Assembly (NCBI GenBank): GCA_030684835.1
Contig: JAUXWZ010000146.1
Coordinates: 24,425 to 88,424 of the forward strand
DNA: 64,000 nt
Reading direction: 5' to 3'
DNA from: Beijerinckiaceae bacterium
GTDB lineage: Bacteria; Pseudomonadota; Alphaproteobacteria; Rhizobiales; Beijerinckiaceae
The notes under the pieces are model-generated. The model was not told where the DNA came from, ran no database searches, and worked only from the letters and a program-made list of their open reading frames with translations. The position numbers and the translations under genes were made by a program. Shown here piece after piece: positions 49,666 through 58,376 of the stretch. The stretch's first letter is position 1; each line of letters starts with the position of its first letter.

Positions 49666-51714
49666 ATGACCGTCAACCCATTCTTCGATGACTGGACAAC
49701 GCCATTCGGTCTGCCGCCGTTCGAGGCGATTACGCCCGATCACATGGGGCCCGCCTTCGAGGCCGGGCTGGAGGCGCACCGCAAGGACATCGCGGCCATC
49801 GCGTCCGACGCTGCCCCCGCCACGTTCGCCAATACGATTGAGGCGCTGGAGCGCTCGGGCAAGTTGCTGCGCAAGGTCGGCCGGGTGTTCTGGAATCTGT
49901 CGGGAGCGGACACCAATCCCGCACTGCAGGCGATCGAGCGCGATATGTCACCAAAGCTCGCGGCGCATTACGCCTCGATTTACATGAACGGCGATCTGTT
50001 CAGGCGCGTCGATGCTGTTCTCAGCAATGGACAACCGCTCTCCGAGGAGCAGAGGCGCGTGCTGGAGCTTGTGCACAAGGATTTCGTGCGCTCGGGCGCG
50101 CGGCTCGATGACGCGCAGAAGACGCGGATGGCGCAGATCGTGGAGCGGCTCGCCGCGCTCTCCACGCAGTTCGGCCAGAACGTGCTCAAGGACGAGGCCG
50201 ACTTCGTGCTGGAGCTGGGCGAGGGTGACGTTGCGGGCCTGTCGGACGCGCTGAAGGCGTCGGCCGCGCGCACAGCGAAGGAGCGGGGGCTTTCCTGCAC
50301 TTACGCCGTGACGTTGTCGCGCTCGCATGTCGAGCCGTTTTTGGAACATTCGACCCGGCGCGATTTGCGCGAAGCATTGTTCACGGCGTTCGTCTCACGC
50401 GGCGCGCAGGGCGGCGCCACCGACAATCACGCAATCATTGAGGAGATCGTCGCGCTGCGCGCCGAGCGTGCGCATCTTCTGGGCTACGAAACCTACGCGC
50501 ATTTCAAGCTCGATAACACGATGGCGAAGACGCCTTCGAACGTGCGCAAACTGCTTGACGATGTGTGGGGCAAGGGCCGCGCGCGCGCCATGCGGGAACT
50601 TGGCAAGATGCAGGAGATCGCCGACGAAGAGGGCGCGAATTTCAAGGTCGCGGCTCATGACTGGCGCTATTACGCAGAACGTCTGCGCGAAAAGAAATTC
50701 GCAGTCGATGACACGGAAGCAAAAAATTACTTCCCGCTCGATGATGTGCGCAAAGCGGCGTTCGACGTTGCAGGTAAATTGTTTGGCCTGACGTTCGATG
50801 AAGTGAGCGGACTTAATCTGTATCACCCCGACGTGCGCGCCTTCGAGGCGAAAGATGCGTCAGGCCGTCACGTGGCGCTGTTTATCGCCGATGATTTCGC
50901 GCGCTCCTCCAAACGCAGCGGCGCGTGGATGAGCGCCTTCCGCTCGCAGGAAAAACTCGACGGCGATGTGCGGCCGATCATTGTCAACGTGCTCAACGTC
51001 GCCAAGGCCGGTCCTGGCGAGCCGGCGCTGCTGTCTATTGATGAGGCGCGCACGCTGTTTCACGAATTTGGCCACGCGCTGCACGGCATGTTGTCGGACG
51101 TTATCTATTCGCGCATCTCGGGCACGAGCGTATCATCCGATTTCGTGGAGCTGCCCTCGCAGCTTTACGAGCATTGGCTGACGCAGCCGCAGGTGCTGCG
51201 AGCGTTCGCGCGCCATGTGCGCACGGGCGAGGCGATACCCGAAGACCTGCTCCAGCGTATTCTTGCGATGCGCACGTTCAACCAGGGTTTCGCGACGGTC
51301 GAGTATTGTTCGTCGGCCTATATCGATCTCGACTTTCATGCGCTGAAACATCCCGCCAAGGCGGATGCGCGCGCGTTCACGGCGGATCGGCTGAAGGCGA
51401 TTGGCATGCCGCTCGAGATCGCGATGCGCCACGCCACGCCGCATTTTTCGCACGTCTTCTCGGGCGAGGGATATGCGGCGGGTTATTATTCATACCTCTG
51501 GTCGGAAGTGCTCGACGCCGACGCGTTCGAGGCCTTTGCGGAAACGGGCGACATTTTCAACAAGGACGTAGCGAAGCGCCTGCGCGATTACATTTATGCG
51601 GCAGGCGGGCGGCGTGAACCTGACGACGCGTACATCGCATTTCGCGGACGGCTGCCGAACGCGGATGCGCTGTTGAAGAAGCGCGGGCTTGTTGAGAGTA
51701 ACGCAGGGGCGTGA
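49666..51714 (+). CDS. dcp: Peptidyl-dipeptidase Dcp (M3A)
   Basis: NPFFDDWTTPFGLPPF, KRSGAWM, FHEFGHALH, DFVELPSQ and YAAGYYSY. Confidence 0.92.
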   Translation: MTVNPFFDDWTTPFGLPPFEAITPDHMGPAFEAGLEAHRKDIAAIASDAAPATFANTIEALERSGKLLRKVGRVFWNLSGADTNPALQAIERDMSPKLAAHYASIYMNGDLFRRVDAVLSNGQPLSEEQRRVLELVHKDFVRSGARLDDAQKTRMAQIVERLAALSTQFGQNVLKDEADFVLELGEGDVAGLSDALKASAARTAKERGLSCTYAVTLSRSHVEPFLEHSTRRDLREALFTAFVSRGAQGGATDNHAIIEEIVALRAERAHLLGYETYAHFKLDNTMAKTPSNVRKLLDDVWGKGRARAMRELGKMQEIADEEGANFKVAAHDWRYYAERLREKKFAVDDTEAKNYFPLDDVRKAAFDVAGKLFGLTFDEVSGLNLYHPDVRAFEAKDASGRHVALFIADDFARSSKRSGAWMSAFRSQEKLDGDVRPIIVNVLNVAKAGPGEPALLSIDEARTLFHEFGHALHGMLSDVIYSRISGTSVSSDFVELPSQLYEHWLTQPQVLRAFARHVRTGEAIPEDLLQRILAMRTFNQGFATVEYCSSAYIDLDFHALKHPAKADARAFTADRLKAIGMPLEIAMRHATPHFSHVFSGEGYAAGYYSYLWSEVLDADAFEAFAETGDIFNKDVAKRLRDYIYAAGGRREPDDAYIAFRGRLPNADALLKKRGLVESNAGA

Positions 51715-51724
51715 GGGGCGGATG

Positions 51725-51777
51725 CTTATTCGACCTTGCTGCGCGAAGTCACCTTCTCCCGCAATGCGGGAGAAGGG
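51725..51777. repeat. Single copy of the RIME arm palindrome
   Basis: CTTATTCGACC...GTCACCTTCTCCCGC-aat-GCGGGAGAAGG (11-bp perfect stem) between convergent dcp and qor. It shares its architecture with 38349-38398. Confidence 0.8.
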
Positions 51778-51783
51778 TTTCTC

Positions 51784-52785
51784 TCACACCACTGTCAGCA
51801 CAATCTTGCCCACGTGCGCGCTCGTCTCCATGCGCGCGTGCGCTTTCGACGCTTCGCCGAGCGGATAGGTCGAATCGATGAGCGGCTTGATCTTGCCTTC
51901 GTTCAGAAGAGGCCAGACGCGTTCGCGCAGGCTGTCTGCAATCGCGGCCTTCTGCTCCACCGTGCGCGGGCGCAGCGTCGAGCCTGTCATCACCAGCCGC
52001 TTGGACGAGATCGGGCGCATATCGAACTCTGCGATCTTGAAGCCCTGCTGATAGGCGATCTGCACAAGGCGGGCGTCCATGCCGGCGCATTCCATGTTGC
52101 GCTGGACGTAAGGTCCGCCAACCATGTCGAGCACGACGTTGACGCCCTTGCCGCCCGTGAAGGCTTTGACCTCGGCAACGAAATCTTGTCGGCGGTAGTT
52201 GATCGCGAGATCGGCGCCGAGTTTGACGCACGCTTCGCATTTTTCGTCGCTGCCCGCAGTCACGATGATCTTCGCGCCAATGGCCTTGGCCAGCATGATG
52301 GCGGTTGTGCCGATTCCCGATGAACCGCCGTGGACGAGCGCGGTCTCGCCTGCTGAAAGCTTGCCCGTCATGAAGGCGTTGACCCAGACGGTGAAAAAGG
52401 TTTCGGGGACGGCCGCGGCCTCGATCATCGAGAAGCCGGTCGGGATCGGCAGCGCGTGGGTTTCGTGCACGAGGCAGAATTGGGCATAGCCGCCGCCGTG
52501 CGCCAGCGCGCAGACGGTGTCGCCTATCTTCCAGCGCGTGACGCCCTCGCCAAGCGCGGCGACTTCGCCGGCGATTTCGAGGCCCGGCAGATCCGACGCG
52601 CCCGGTGGGGGCGGATATTTCCCAAGGCGCTGCGACACATCAGGCCGGTTGACGCCCGCCGCGTGAACTTTCACGAGAATTTCTCCCGCTCCGGGAACGG
52701 GCATGGGCCGCGTCTCGGGCTGGAGCATCTCCGGGCCGCCATATTCCTTGATGGCGATACAGGTCATCGTCTGCGGCGCGGCCAT
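51784..52785 (-). CDS. NAD(P)H-quinone oxidoreductase, PIG3 family
   Basis: AGVNRPDVSQR, PGLEIAGEV, AAVPETFFTVW, HGGSSGIG and GSTLRPR. Confidence 0.93.
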   Translation of the reverse strand: MAAPQTMTCIAIKEYGGPEMLQPETRPMPVPGAGEILVKVHAAGVNRPDVSQRLGKYPPPPGASDLPGLEIAGEVAALGEGVTRWKIGDTVCALAHGGGYAQFCLVHETHALPIPTGFSMIEAAAVPETFFTVWVNAFMTGKLSAGETALVHGGSSGIGTTAIMLAKAIGAKIIVTAGSDEKCEACVKLGADLAINYRRQDFVAEVKAFTGGKGVNVVLDMVGGPYVQRNMECAGMDARLVQIAYQQGFKIAEFDMRPISSKRLVMTGSTLRPRTVEQKAAIADSLRERVWPLLNEGKIKPLIDSTYPLGEASKAHARMETSAHVGKIVLTVV

Positions 52786-52922
52786 GGTCACTCCTTGGGT
52801 TTTTCCTGACGACTTATCGCGCCCCGCGCGACGCCCGGCAAGCAATGTGCTGACGCTGGCGGATGACATCCGTGGTTGGGACGCCTAGATTTTCGCGCAG
52901 GGTTCGCGACGGAGAGATCACG

Positions 52923-53126
52923 ATGGCGAAAACGGACGACGATGTGTTCGGCGCGCCGCCGAAAAAGAAAACCATCCATGAGATTGGCGAAAACCTCGAT
53001 ACTTTCTCAGCAGACGAGCTTGCCGAGCGCATCGAGCTTCTTCAGGCCGAGATCGCGCGACTTGATATTGCGCGCGCGTCCAAGGAAGCGTCCCGCGCGG
53101 CGGCGGCTTCCTTCTTCAAATCGTAG
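52923..53126 (+). CDS. DUF1192 protein
   Basis: HEIGENLDTFSADELAERIELLQAEIARL...AAASFF. Confidence 0.92.
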   Translation: MAKTDDDVFGAPPKKKTIHEIGENLDTFSADELAERIELLQAEIARLDIARASKEASRAAAASFFKS

Positions 53127-53153
53127 GGGAATTCGGGGAGGGATCGCTTCTTG

Positions 53154-53168
53154 TTTACCGTCAATTAA
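53154..53168. promoter_or_regulatory. CtrA box-like site
   Basis: TTTA-ccgtcaa-TTAA, one mismatch. Confidence 0.45.
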
Positions 53169-53194
53169 GGATTCCGGGGGATTAATGGGGATAG

Positions 53195-53278
53195 TTCAAA
53201 TGGGCTCCCATCTAGGTTCCTGTCTGACTGCACCCTGTTTGACTTCCAAGGGCCGCACCCCCGTGTGGCTCTTTTTTT
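53195..53278 (+). ncRNA. Candidate small RNA (about 85 nt); the 5' end is a guess
   Basis: No credible ORF. It sits between an AT-rich, CtrA-like promoter region and a strong terminator 120 nt beyond the previous stop. It could instead be a long 3' UTR. Confidence 0.35.
53250..53278 (+). terminator. Intrinsic terminator
   Basis: GGGCCGCAC-cccc-GTGTGGCTC (9 bp with two G-U pairs) followed by T7. Confidence 0.8.
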
Positions 53279-53317
53279 GTGCGCGCCTTGCGCTATCCGG
53301 CTTGCCTGAAGTTAACC

Positions 53318-53332
53318 TTAAGATTGTTTTAA
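53318..53332. promoter_or_regulatory. CtrA box upstream of rcdA
   Basis: Exact TTAA-gattgtt-TTAA, plus an extra GTTAAC half-site at 53311-53316. Confidence 0.75.
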
Positions 53333-53453
53333 GAAAGCGCTTCCCTCAAGTTTCGCTAAAATCCATCTCGATCGAGACAAGCCGCCTTTGCGGCGGTCAA
53401 GCCGCCTTGCGGCGGGCAAGGCAATCCGCCTTCGGCGGGATGGAACGGGCGTG

Positions 53454-54002
53454 ATGAACAGCAGGTTCGAGGACAAGGCCAATACAGTCTCCTTCGGGCA
53501 AAAGCTTGCCTCATCGGATGCGTTTCGCGCGCTTTTCAAGGAAGGCATGTCGCTCGTCGAAGGAACGGCCGCCTATCTCGACGGGGATGGCCGGCAGGCG
53601 TCGAAGGCGCTGCCACGTTCAGACTCTCTCGCTTATTCGTCAGAAAGCATGCGACTGACGACGCGCCTGATGCAGATCGCCTCCTGGCTCCTTCTCCAGC
53701 GCGCGGTGAACGAAGGCGAAATGACGCTGACGCAGGCCTCTAAGGAAAAGCACAAGGTTCGTCTCGCCCGGCAGGATATTGCCACGAGCCGTGAGTCTTT
53801 CGAGCGGCTGCCGGCTGAATTGCGGGAGCTGACGTTGCACTCGCTGCGGCTGCAGGAGCGGATTCTTCATCTCGACCAACTGATTTACACGGTCGATTCG
53901 ACCGCCCCGCCGCTCTCATCGCTCATAGCGCCAGTCGGTGGCCACTCGGTGGCCGCCCAGTTCGAGCGGCTGCGCGCAGCTTTTCCGGGCGCTTCCGAGT
54001 AA
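53454..54002 (+). CDS. rcdA: DUF1465 protein, RcdA (ClpXP adaptor)
   Basis: FRALFKEGMSLVEGTAAYLDGDGR, ESMRLTTRLMQIASWLLLQRAV.EGEM. It lies convergent with rpmE. Confidence 0.9.
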   Translation: MNSRFEDKANTVSFGQKLASSDAFRALFKEGMSLVEGTAAYLDGDGRQASKALPRSDSLAYSSESMRLTTRLMQIASWLLLQRAVNEGEMTLTQASKEKHKVRLARQDIATSRESFERLPAELRELTLHSLRLQERILHLDQLIYTVDSTAPPLSSLIAPVGGHSVAAQFERLRAAFPGASE

Positions 54003-54045
54003 GGGATTGGCGAAAAGCTTACAGCGCGCCAAGAGCGCGCCAACG

Positions 54046-54073
54046 AAAAACCCCGGCCTCTCGGCCGGGGTTT
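54046..54073. terminator. Bidirectional terminator between rcdA and rpmE
   Basis: AAAAACCCCGGCC-tctc-GGCCGGGGTTT. Confidence 0.85.
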
Positions 54074-54097
54074 GTATTTCCAGAGCCTTGATCCAGC

Positions 54098-54325
54098 TTA
54101 CTTCTTGACGCCGATGGCGCCGAAGCGAGCGGTGAAGCGCGACAGACGGCCGCCGCGGTCCATGAGCTGCTGGGCGCCGCCGGTCCAGGCCGGGTGGGTG
54201 TTCGGGTCAATGTCGAGGTTGAGCGTTGCGCCGGCCTCGCCGTAGGTCGAGCGGGTCATGAAATTGGTGCCGTCGGTCATGACGACCTTGATCAGATGAT
54301 ATTCGGGATGAATGTCGGCTTTCAT
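54098..54325 (-). CDS. rpmE: 50S ribosomal protein L31
   Basis: [10 protein letters not shown]...[13 protein letters not shown]...GGRLSRF. Confidence 0.98.
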   Translation of the reverse strand: MKADIHPEYHLIKVVMTDGTNFMTRSTYGEAGATLNLDIDPNTHPAWTGGAQQLMDRGGRLSRFTARFGAIGVKK

Positions 54326-54485
54326 GGCCTGTCCTTACATGCGAAGACGCGGCGCGGGGCCGCGTCAGAAATCTGCTCCCTAAGGGGATTGGCGCGTCGT
54401 ATACATGACGCGGGGCGGGAAGACAAGGTTGGGTCTTGAAGGCTGGGCCATTTCGTCCGCGCGTCAAACAGCGTAAAGAGCGGCC

Positions 54486-56294
54486 ATGACCGAGAAAAAC
54501 GGACCGGCGGCAACCTCCAAGAGGGCCTCGCCGCGCACATCGCTGAAGGCCCTTCTGCCGCTTGCGCCCTACGCGCTCCGACATCGGGGGAGGGTGGGCG
54601 CAGCGTTGCTGGCGCTCATCGTGGCCTCCGCCGCCACGCTCACTGTGCCCGTCGCCGTGCGGGGCATGATCGATAACGGCTTCTCAGCGGAGAATGTGGG
54701 CGCCATCGACCGCTACTTTGGCGCGATGATGCTTGTGGTGGGAATTCTCGCGCTGGCTTCGGGTTTTCGCTACTACCTTGTGATGACCATCGGCGAGCGC
54801 GTCGTGGCTGACCTGCGCCGCGACGTCTTCGCCCATCTGGTGAATCTGGACGCCCATTTCTACGACAGGTCTCGCACGGGCGAACTGGTGTCGCGCCTGA
54901 CGGCAGACACCACGCAGATGAAGTCAGCCTTCGGGTCTTCGGCCTCCGTGCTGCTGCGTAACGTATTCATGTTCTGCGGCGCCATCGCCATGATGGTTTA
55001 CACGAGCCCTAAACTCTCCGGGCTTGTGCTCGTCGCAATCCCCATCATCGTTTTTCCGCTGGTGATGTCCGGACGCTCGGTCCGCGAACGCTCGCGCCGC
55101 GCGCAGGACACGTTGGCGGAAGCATCAGCTTTCGCCGCCGAAAACCTCGGCGCCGTGCGCACGATGCAGGCCTTCAACGCCCAGCCGAAGACGATCGGCC
55201 GCTTCGGCGGCGCCGTTGAGGACGCCTATGAGGCGGCCCGCAGCGCGACGGGCGCCCGGGCCCTGCTCACGGTTGTCGCCATCTTCTTGGCGTTTGCGAG
55301 CGTCGTCGGCGTGCTGTGGCTTGGCGCGCAGGACGTTCTGTCAGGTCGGATCTCGGGCGGCACGCTTTCGCAATTTGTGCTTTACGCAGTGTTCGGCGCC
55401 AGTTCGCTGGGCCAATTGTCGGAAGTGTGGAGTGACGTGTCCTCGGCGGCGGGCGCGGCTGCGCGCATCGCTGAACTCATCGAAACCCAGCCGGACGTGA
55501 AGCCGCCGGTGAACCCCGAGCACATGCCCTCGCCGGCGCGCGGCGAGATTGCCTTCCGGTCGGTGCGCTTTGCCTATCCGTCACGGCCCGAGCAAGCGGC
55601 GCTTAATGGGCTCGACTTTAAGGTCCGGCCCGGCGAGACAGTGGCGCTGGTCGGGCCTTCAGGCGCCGGCAAGTCCACCGTGCTGCAATTGCTGCTGCGC
55701 TATTATGATCCGCAGCAGGGCCAGGTGCTCGTCGACGGCGTCGACGTGTCCCGCGCGGATATGAGCGAACTGCGCGCGCGCATGTCGCTGGTGCCGCAGG
55801 ATGCGATCATCTTCGGGGCATCGATCTACGAGAACATTATTTACGGACGTGAAGGCGCGACGCGCGACGAGGTTGTGAGCGCAGCGCGCCTTGCAGCGGC
55901 GGACGAATTCATCAACGCGCTTCCGCAGGGCTATGAAACGCGCGTCGGTGAACGGGGCGTGACGCTGTCAGGAGGGCAGAGGCAGCGCCTCGCCATTGCG
56001 CGCGCTATTCTCAAGGACGCGCCGATCTTGCTGCTCGACGAAGCGACCTCCGCGCTTGATGCAGAGAACGAAAGCCTCGTGCAGACGGCGCTGGAAAACA
56101 TCATGGGCACGCGCACGACGCTCGTCATCGCACATCGCCTCGCCACCGTGCTGAAGGCGGATCGCATTCTTGTGCTGGATGAAGGCCGCATCGTGGAAGA
56201 GGGCACGCACGCAGCGCTCGTTGCGCGCGATGGCCTTTACGCGCGGCTGGCGCGGTTGCAATTTGAAACGGGCGCGCAGGCGCTGGCGGTTTAG
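54486..56294 (+). CDS. ABCB-type exporter (fused TMD-NBD)
   Basis: 6 TM segments, GELVSRLTADT, Walker A GPSGAGKST, LSGGQRQR, LLLDEATSALD and IAHRL. Confidence 0.95.
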   Translation: MTEKNGPAATSKRASPRTSLKALLPLAPYALRHRGRVGAALLALIVASAATLTVPVAVRGMIDNGFSAENVGAIDRYFGAMMLVVGILALASGFRYYLVMTIGERVVADLRRDVFAHLVNLDAHFYDRSRTGELVSRLTADTTQMKSAFGSSASVLLRNVFMFCGAIAMMVYTSPKLSGLVLVAIPIIVFPLVMSGRSVRERSRRAQDTLAEASAFAAENLGAVRTMQAFNAQPKTIGRFGGAVEDAYEAARSATGARALLTVVAIFLAFASVVGVLWLGAQDVLSGRISGGTLSQFVLYAVFGASSLGQLSEVWSDVSSAAGAAARIAELIETQPDVKPPVNPEHMPSPARGEIAFRSVRFAYPSRPEQAALNGLDFKVRPGETVALVGPSGAGKSTVLQLLLRYYDPQQGQVLVDGVDVSRADMSELRARMSLVPQDAIIFGASIYENIIYGREGATRDEVVSAARLAAADEFINALPQGYETRVGERGVTLSGGQRQRLAIARAILKDAPILLLDEATSALDAENESLVQTALENIMGTRTTLVIAHRLATVLKADRILVLDEGRIVEEGTHAALVARDGLYARLARLQFETGAQALAV

Positions 56295-56318
56295 GGCGCG
56301 CTTCACTTCGCACCTTTG

Positions 56319-56368
56319 CTTTTCTCTCCGCGACGGGGAGAAGACGCCCGAAGGGCAGTTGAGGCGGG
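56319..56368. repeat. RIME arm (B orientation)
   Basis: CTTTTCTCTCCGCGACGGGGAGAAG-acGCCCGAAGGGC-agTTGAGGCGGG has the same layout as 38441-38491. Confidence 0.7.
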
Positions 56369-56407
56369 CGCCTTCAATGCGGTCATGAGCGACCGTCCTG
56401 AGCGACC

Positions 56408-56487
56408 GTCCTGCGCGGGCTTGACCCGCGTATACAGAAACGCAGGCAGAATTTGAGTCTGATGGCCGGATCAAGTCCGGCCATGAC
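56408..56487. repeat. Pair of REP-type palindromes in inverted orientation
   Basis: GTCCTGCGCGGGCTTGACCCGCG (56408-) and GATGGCCGGATCAAGTCCGGCCATGAC (56461-56487). A 13-bp tandem TGAGCGACCGTCC x2 (56386-56411) precedes them. Confidence 0.75.
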
Positions 56488-56512
56488 GCGATGGGGAGTT
56501 CTCGCCTTCTGC

Positions 56513-57481
56513 TCACGTCTTCTGGATAACGACCTTTTCCAGCGGCTTGCCTGCGAGCCACAGTTTCAGATTGTCCGCGAACATGCTGCCGTGCGTTGCG
56601 CCGGTGCCCTTGCTGCCCGCGCCGCCGATGTGTGGCGAGATCATCACATTGTCGAGCGTCCAAAGCGGGCTCGATGCCGGCAGCGGTTCTTCCTCCATCA
56701 CGTCGAGGCCCGCGCCGCCGATGCGCCCCGCGACGAGCGCCTCGACGAGCGCCGTTTCATCGATGAGCAGCCCGCGCGCGATGTTGATGACCATAGCCTT
56801 GGGCCCAAGCGCCTCGATCACCTCGCGCGAAATCATGTGGTGCGTCGTGTCGTCGTACAGAGCCGCCATCAACAGCACATCGGCTTCGCGCGCTGCGTCG
56901 ACCAGCTGCGAGCGGGGCCGCACCGCGTCGAAGTTGGCAAGTGGATTTGTGGCGCGGCTTATGCCCGTCACGCGCATGTCGAACGCTTTGGCTTTGCGCG
57001 CGATGTCCTGACCGATGGCGCCCGTTCCAATTATGACCATGTGCTTGCCGGTCAGATTGTCGAGGCGCGGAGTCGTTTCGTCACGCGTCCAGAAAGCCTT
57101 TGCGCGCGCCGCCTCGGTTTCCCGCACGCGGCGGACGAGTCCAAGCATCAACGCGAACGCCTGTTCGGCTACGGCGAAGGCGCGCAAGCCCGCGACGTTC
57201 GTGACAATGCATCCGCCCGGCAGTCCGCTGGATTGGCCTTTGTCGATTCCCGAAGTCAGAAAAGCGAGCCATTTGAGCGACGTTCCGCGATCCCTGATGA
57301 TTGCGGCGTTGTCGGGCGTGTACACGCGGTTCGTCGTGATGAGAATTTCCGCACCCGGAAGCTTGGCGGCTAGTTCCTCCGCGTCATTTGCGTATCTGAG
57401 CTCAAGCGTTGGAAAGGAAGGCGCGAGCGCCTCGAATTCAGCCTGTCGTCCGTGTGGATTAAAGAGAACTGCAATCGCCAT
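56513..57481 (-). CDS. D-isomer-specific 2-hydroxyacid dehydrogenase
   Basis: GTGAIG Rossmann motif, INIARG, GAGLDVMEEEPLP and SPHIGG. Confidence 0.92.
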   Translation of the reverse strand: MAIAVLFNPHGRQAEFEALAPSFPTLELRYANDAEELAAKLPGAEILITTNRVYTPDNAAIIRDRGTSLKWLAFLTSGIDKGQSSGLPGGCIVTNVAGLRAFAVAEQAFALMLGLVRRVRETEAARAKAFWTRDETTPRLDNLTGKHMVIIGTGAIGQDIARKAKAFDMRVTGISRATNPLANFDAVRPRSQLVDAAREADVLLMAALYDDTTHHMISREVIEALGPKAMVINIARGLLIDETALVEALVAGRIGGAGLDVMEEEPLPASSPLWTLDNVMISPHIGGAGSKGTGATHGSMFADNLKLWLAGKPLEKVVIQKT

Positions 57482-57598
57482 AACGCCCTCCGCTTTTCAC
57501 GTCAGCTTACGCGCCGCGCGCATCGTTGCAAAGGCGCAACAGGGGGGGTGAATGCGGCCGGTGCTCTCTGGCGCCGCTTGTGCGCCGCATTCGCGCCA

Positions 57599-57615
57599 TC
57601 AACCGTCGATTAACC
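57599..57615. promoter_or_regulatory. CtrA box-like site upstream of pal
   Basis: TCAA-ccgtcga-TTAACC (one mismatch), with further GGTTAA and TTAACC half-sites at about 57644 and 57683. Confidence 0.5.
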
Positions 57616-57759
57616 ACGCTTCGTAATAGCTCAAATGCAACGCGGTTAAGCAAGGTCCAATCAAGGTTGACGGAACCTTCGTTTAACCAAGTCGGCGTTA
57701 GGCGTTGGATAGCGCCCGGCGTTTCGTCGCGGGGCCTCGAAGTTCTTGAGGAGTTTGGT

Positions 57760-58272
57760 ATGAGGTCAATCACCCGCGCCGGCAAAAGCGCCCGCGCAGT
57801 CCGTCTTGCTGCGGCCCTTATCGCCGCCCTGGCGATCGCCGCCTGCGCCAAGACGCCGGACCCGAATGCGGCGGGCGGACTTGGCGCCGGGGGCGTTGGC
57901 GCGTCCGTTCCTGGCAGCCAGCAGGATTTCGTTGTCAATGTCGGCGACCGCGTGTTCTTTGAAACGGATTCGACGGATCTGACATCGCAGGCGCAGGCCA
58001 CTCTCGACAAGCAATCGCGCTGGCTGGCGCAATACGCCCGCTACACGGTGACCGTCGAAGGTCATGCGGACGAGCGCGGCACGCGTGAGTACAATTTCGC
58101 CCTTGGCGCCAAGCGCGCCGAAGTGACGAAGAATTACCTGGCTGCGCGCGGCATCCCCGCATCGCGGATACGCACGATCAGCTTCGGCAAGGAGCGTCCG
58201 GTAGCGGTTTGCGACGACATCTCTTGCTGGTCGCAGAACCGCCGCGCGGTCACATTGCTCGGCGGCGGCTGA
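57760..58272 (+). CDS. pal: Peptidoglycan-associated lipoprotein
   Basis: Lipobox IAAC, VGDRVFF, EGHADERGTREYN.ALG.KRA, SFGKERP and QNRRA. Confidence 0.97.
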   Translation: MRSITRAGKSARAVRLAAALIAALAIAACAKTPDPNAAGGLGAGGVGASVPGSQQDFVVNVGDRVFFETDSTDLTSQAQATLDKQSRWLAQYARYTVTVEGHADERGTREYNFALGAKRAEVTKNYLAARGIPASRIRTISFGKERPVAVCDDISCWSQNRRAVTLLGGG

Positions 58273-58376
58273 TCAAGGATCGCGCCGCCTCACTTTGGCC
58301 AAAGGCGCGGCTATGCTAACCAACATGCTCTTGCCGCGCAGATGTGCGGCGAGAGCGCCAGCGGGCCAATGACTCC

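Noticed and set aside
54098-54325. Cys-free L31 as a zinc-starvation paralogue
   Set aside because: Zinc-free L31 is the normal form in alphaproteobacteria, and no Zur box is seen upstream.
56386-56411. Short direct repeats as a possible CRISPR remnant
   Set aside because: Adjacent 13-mers with no spacer and no cas genes. No regularly spaced repeat array was seen anywhere in the window.
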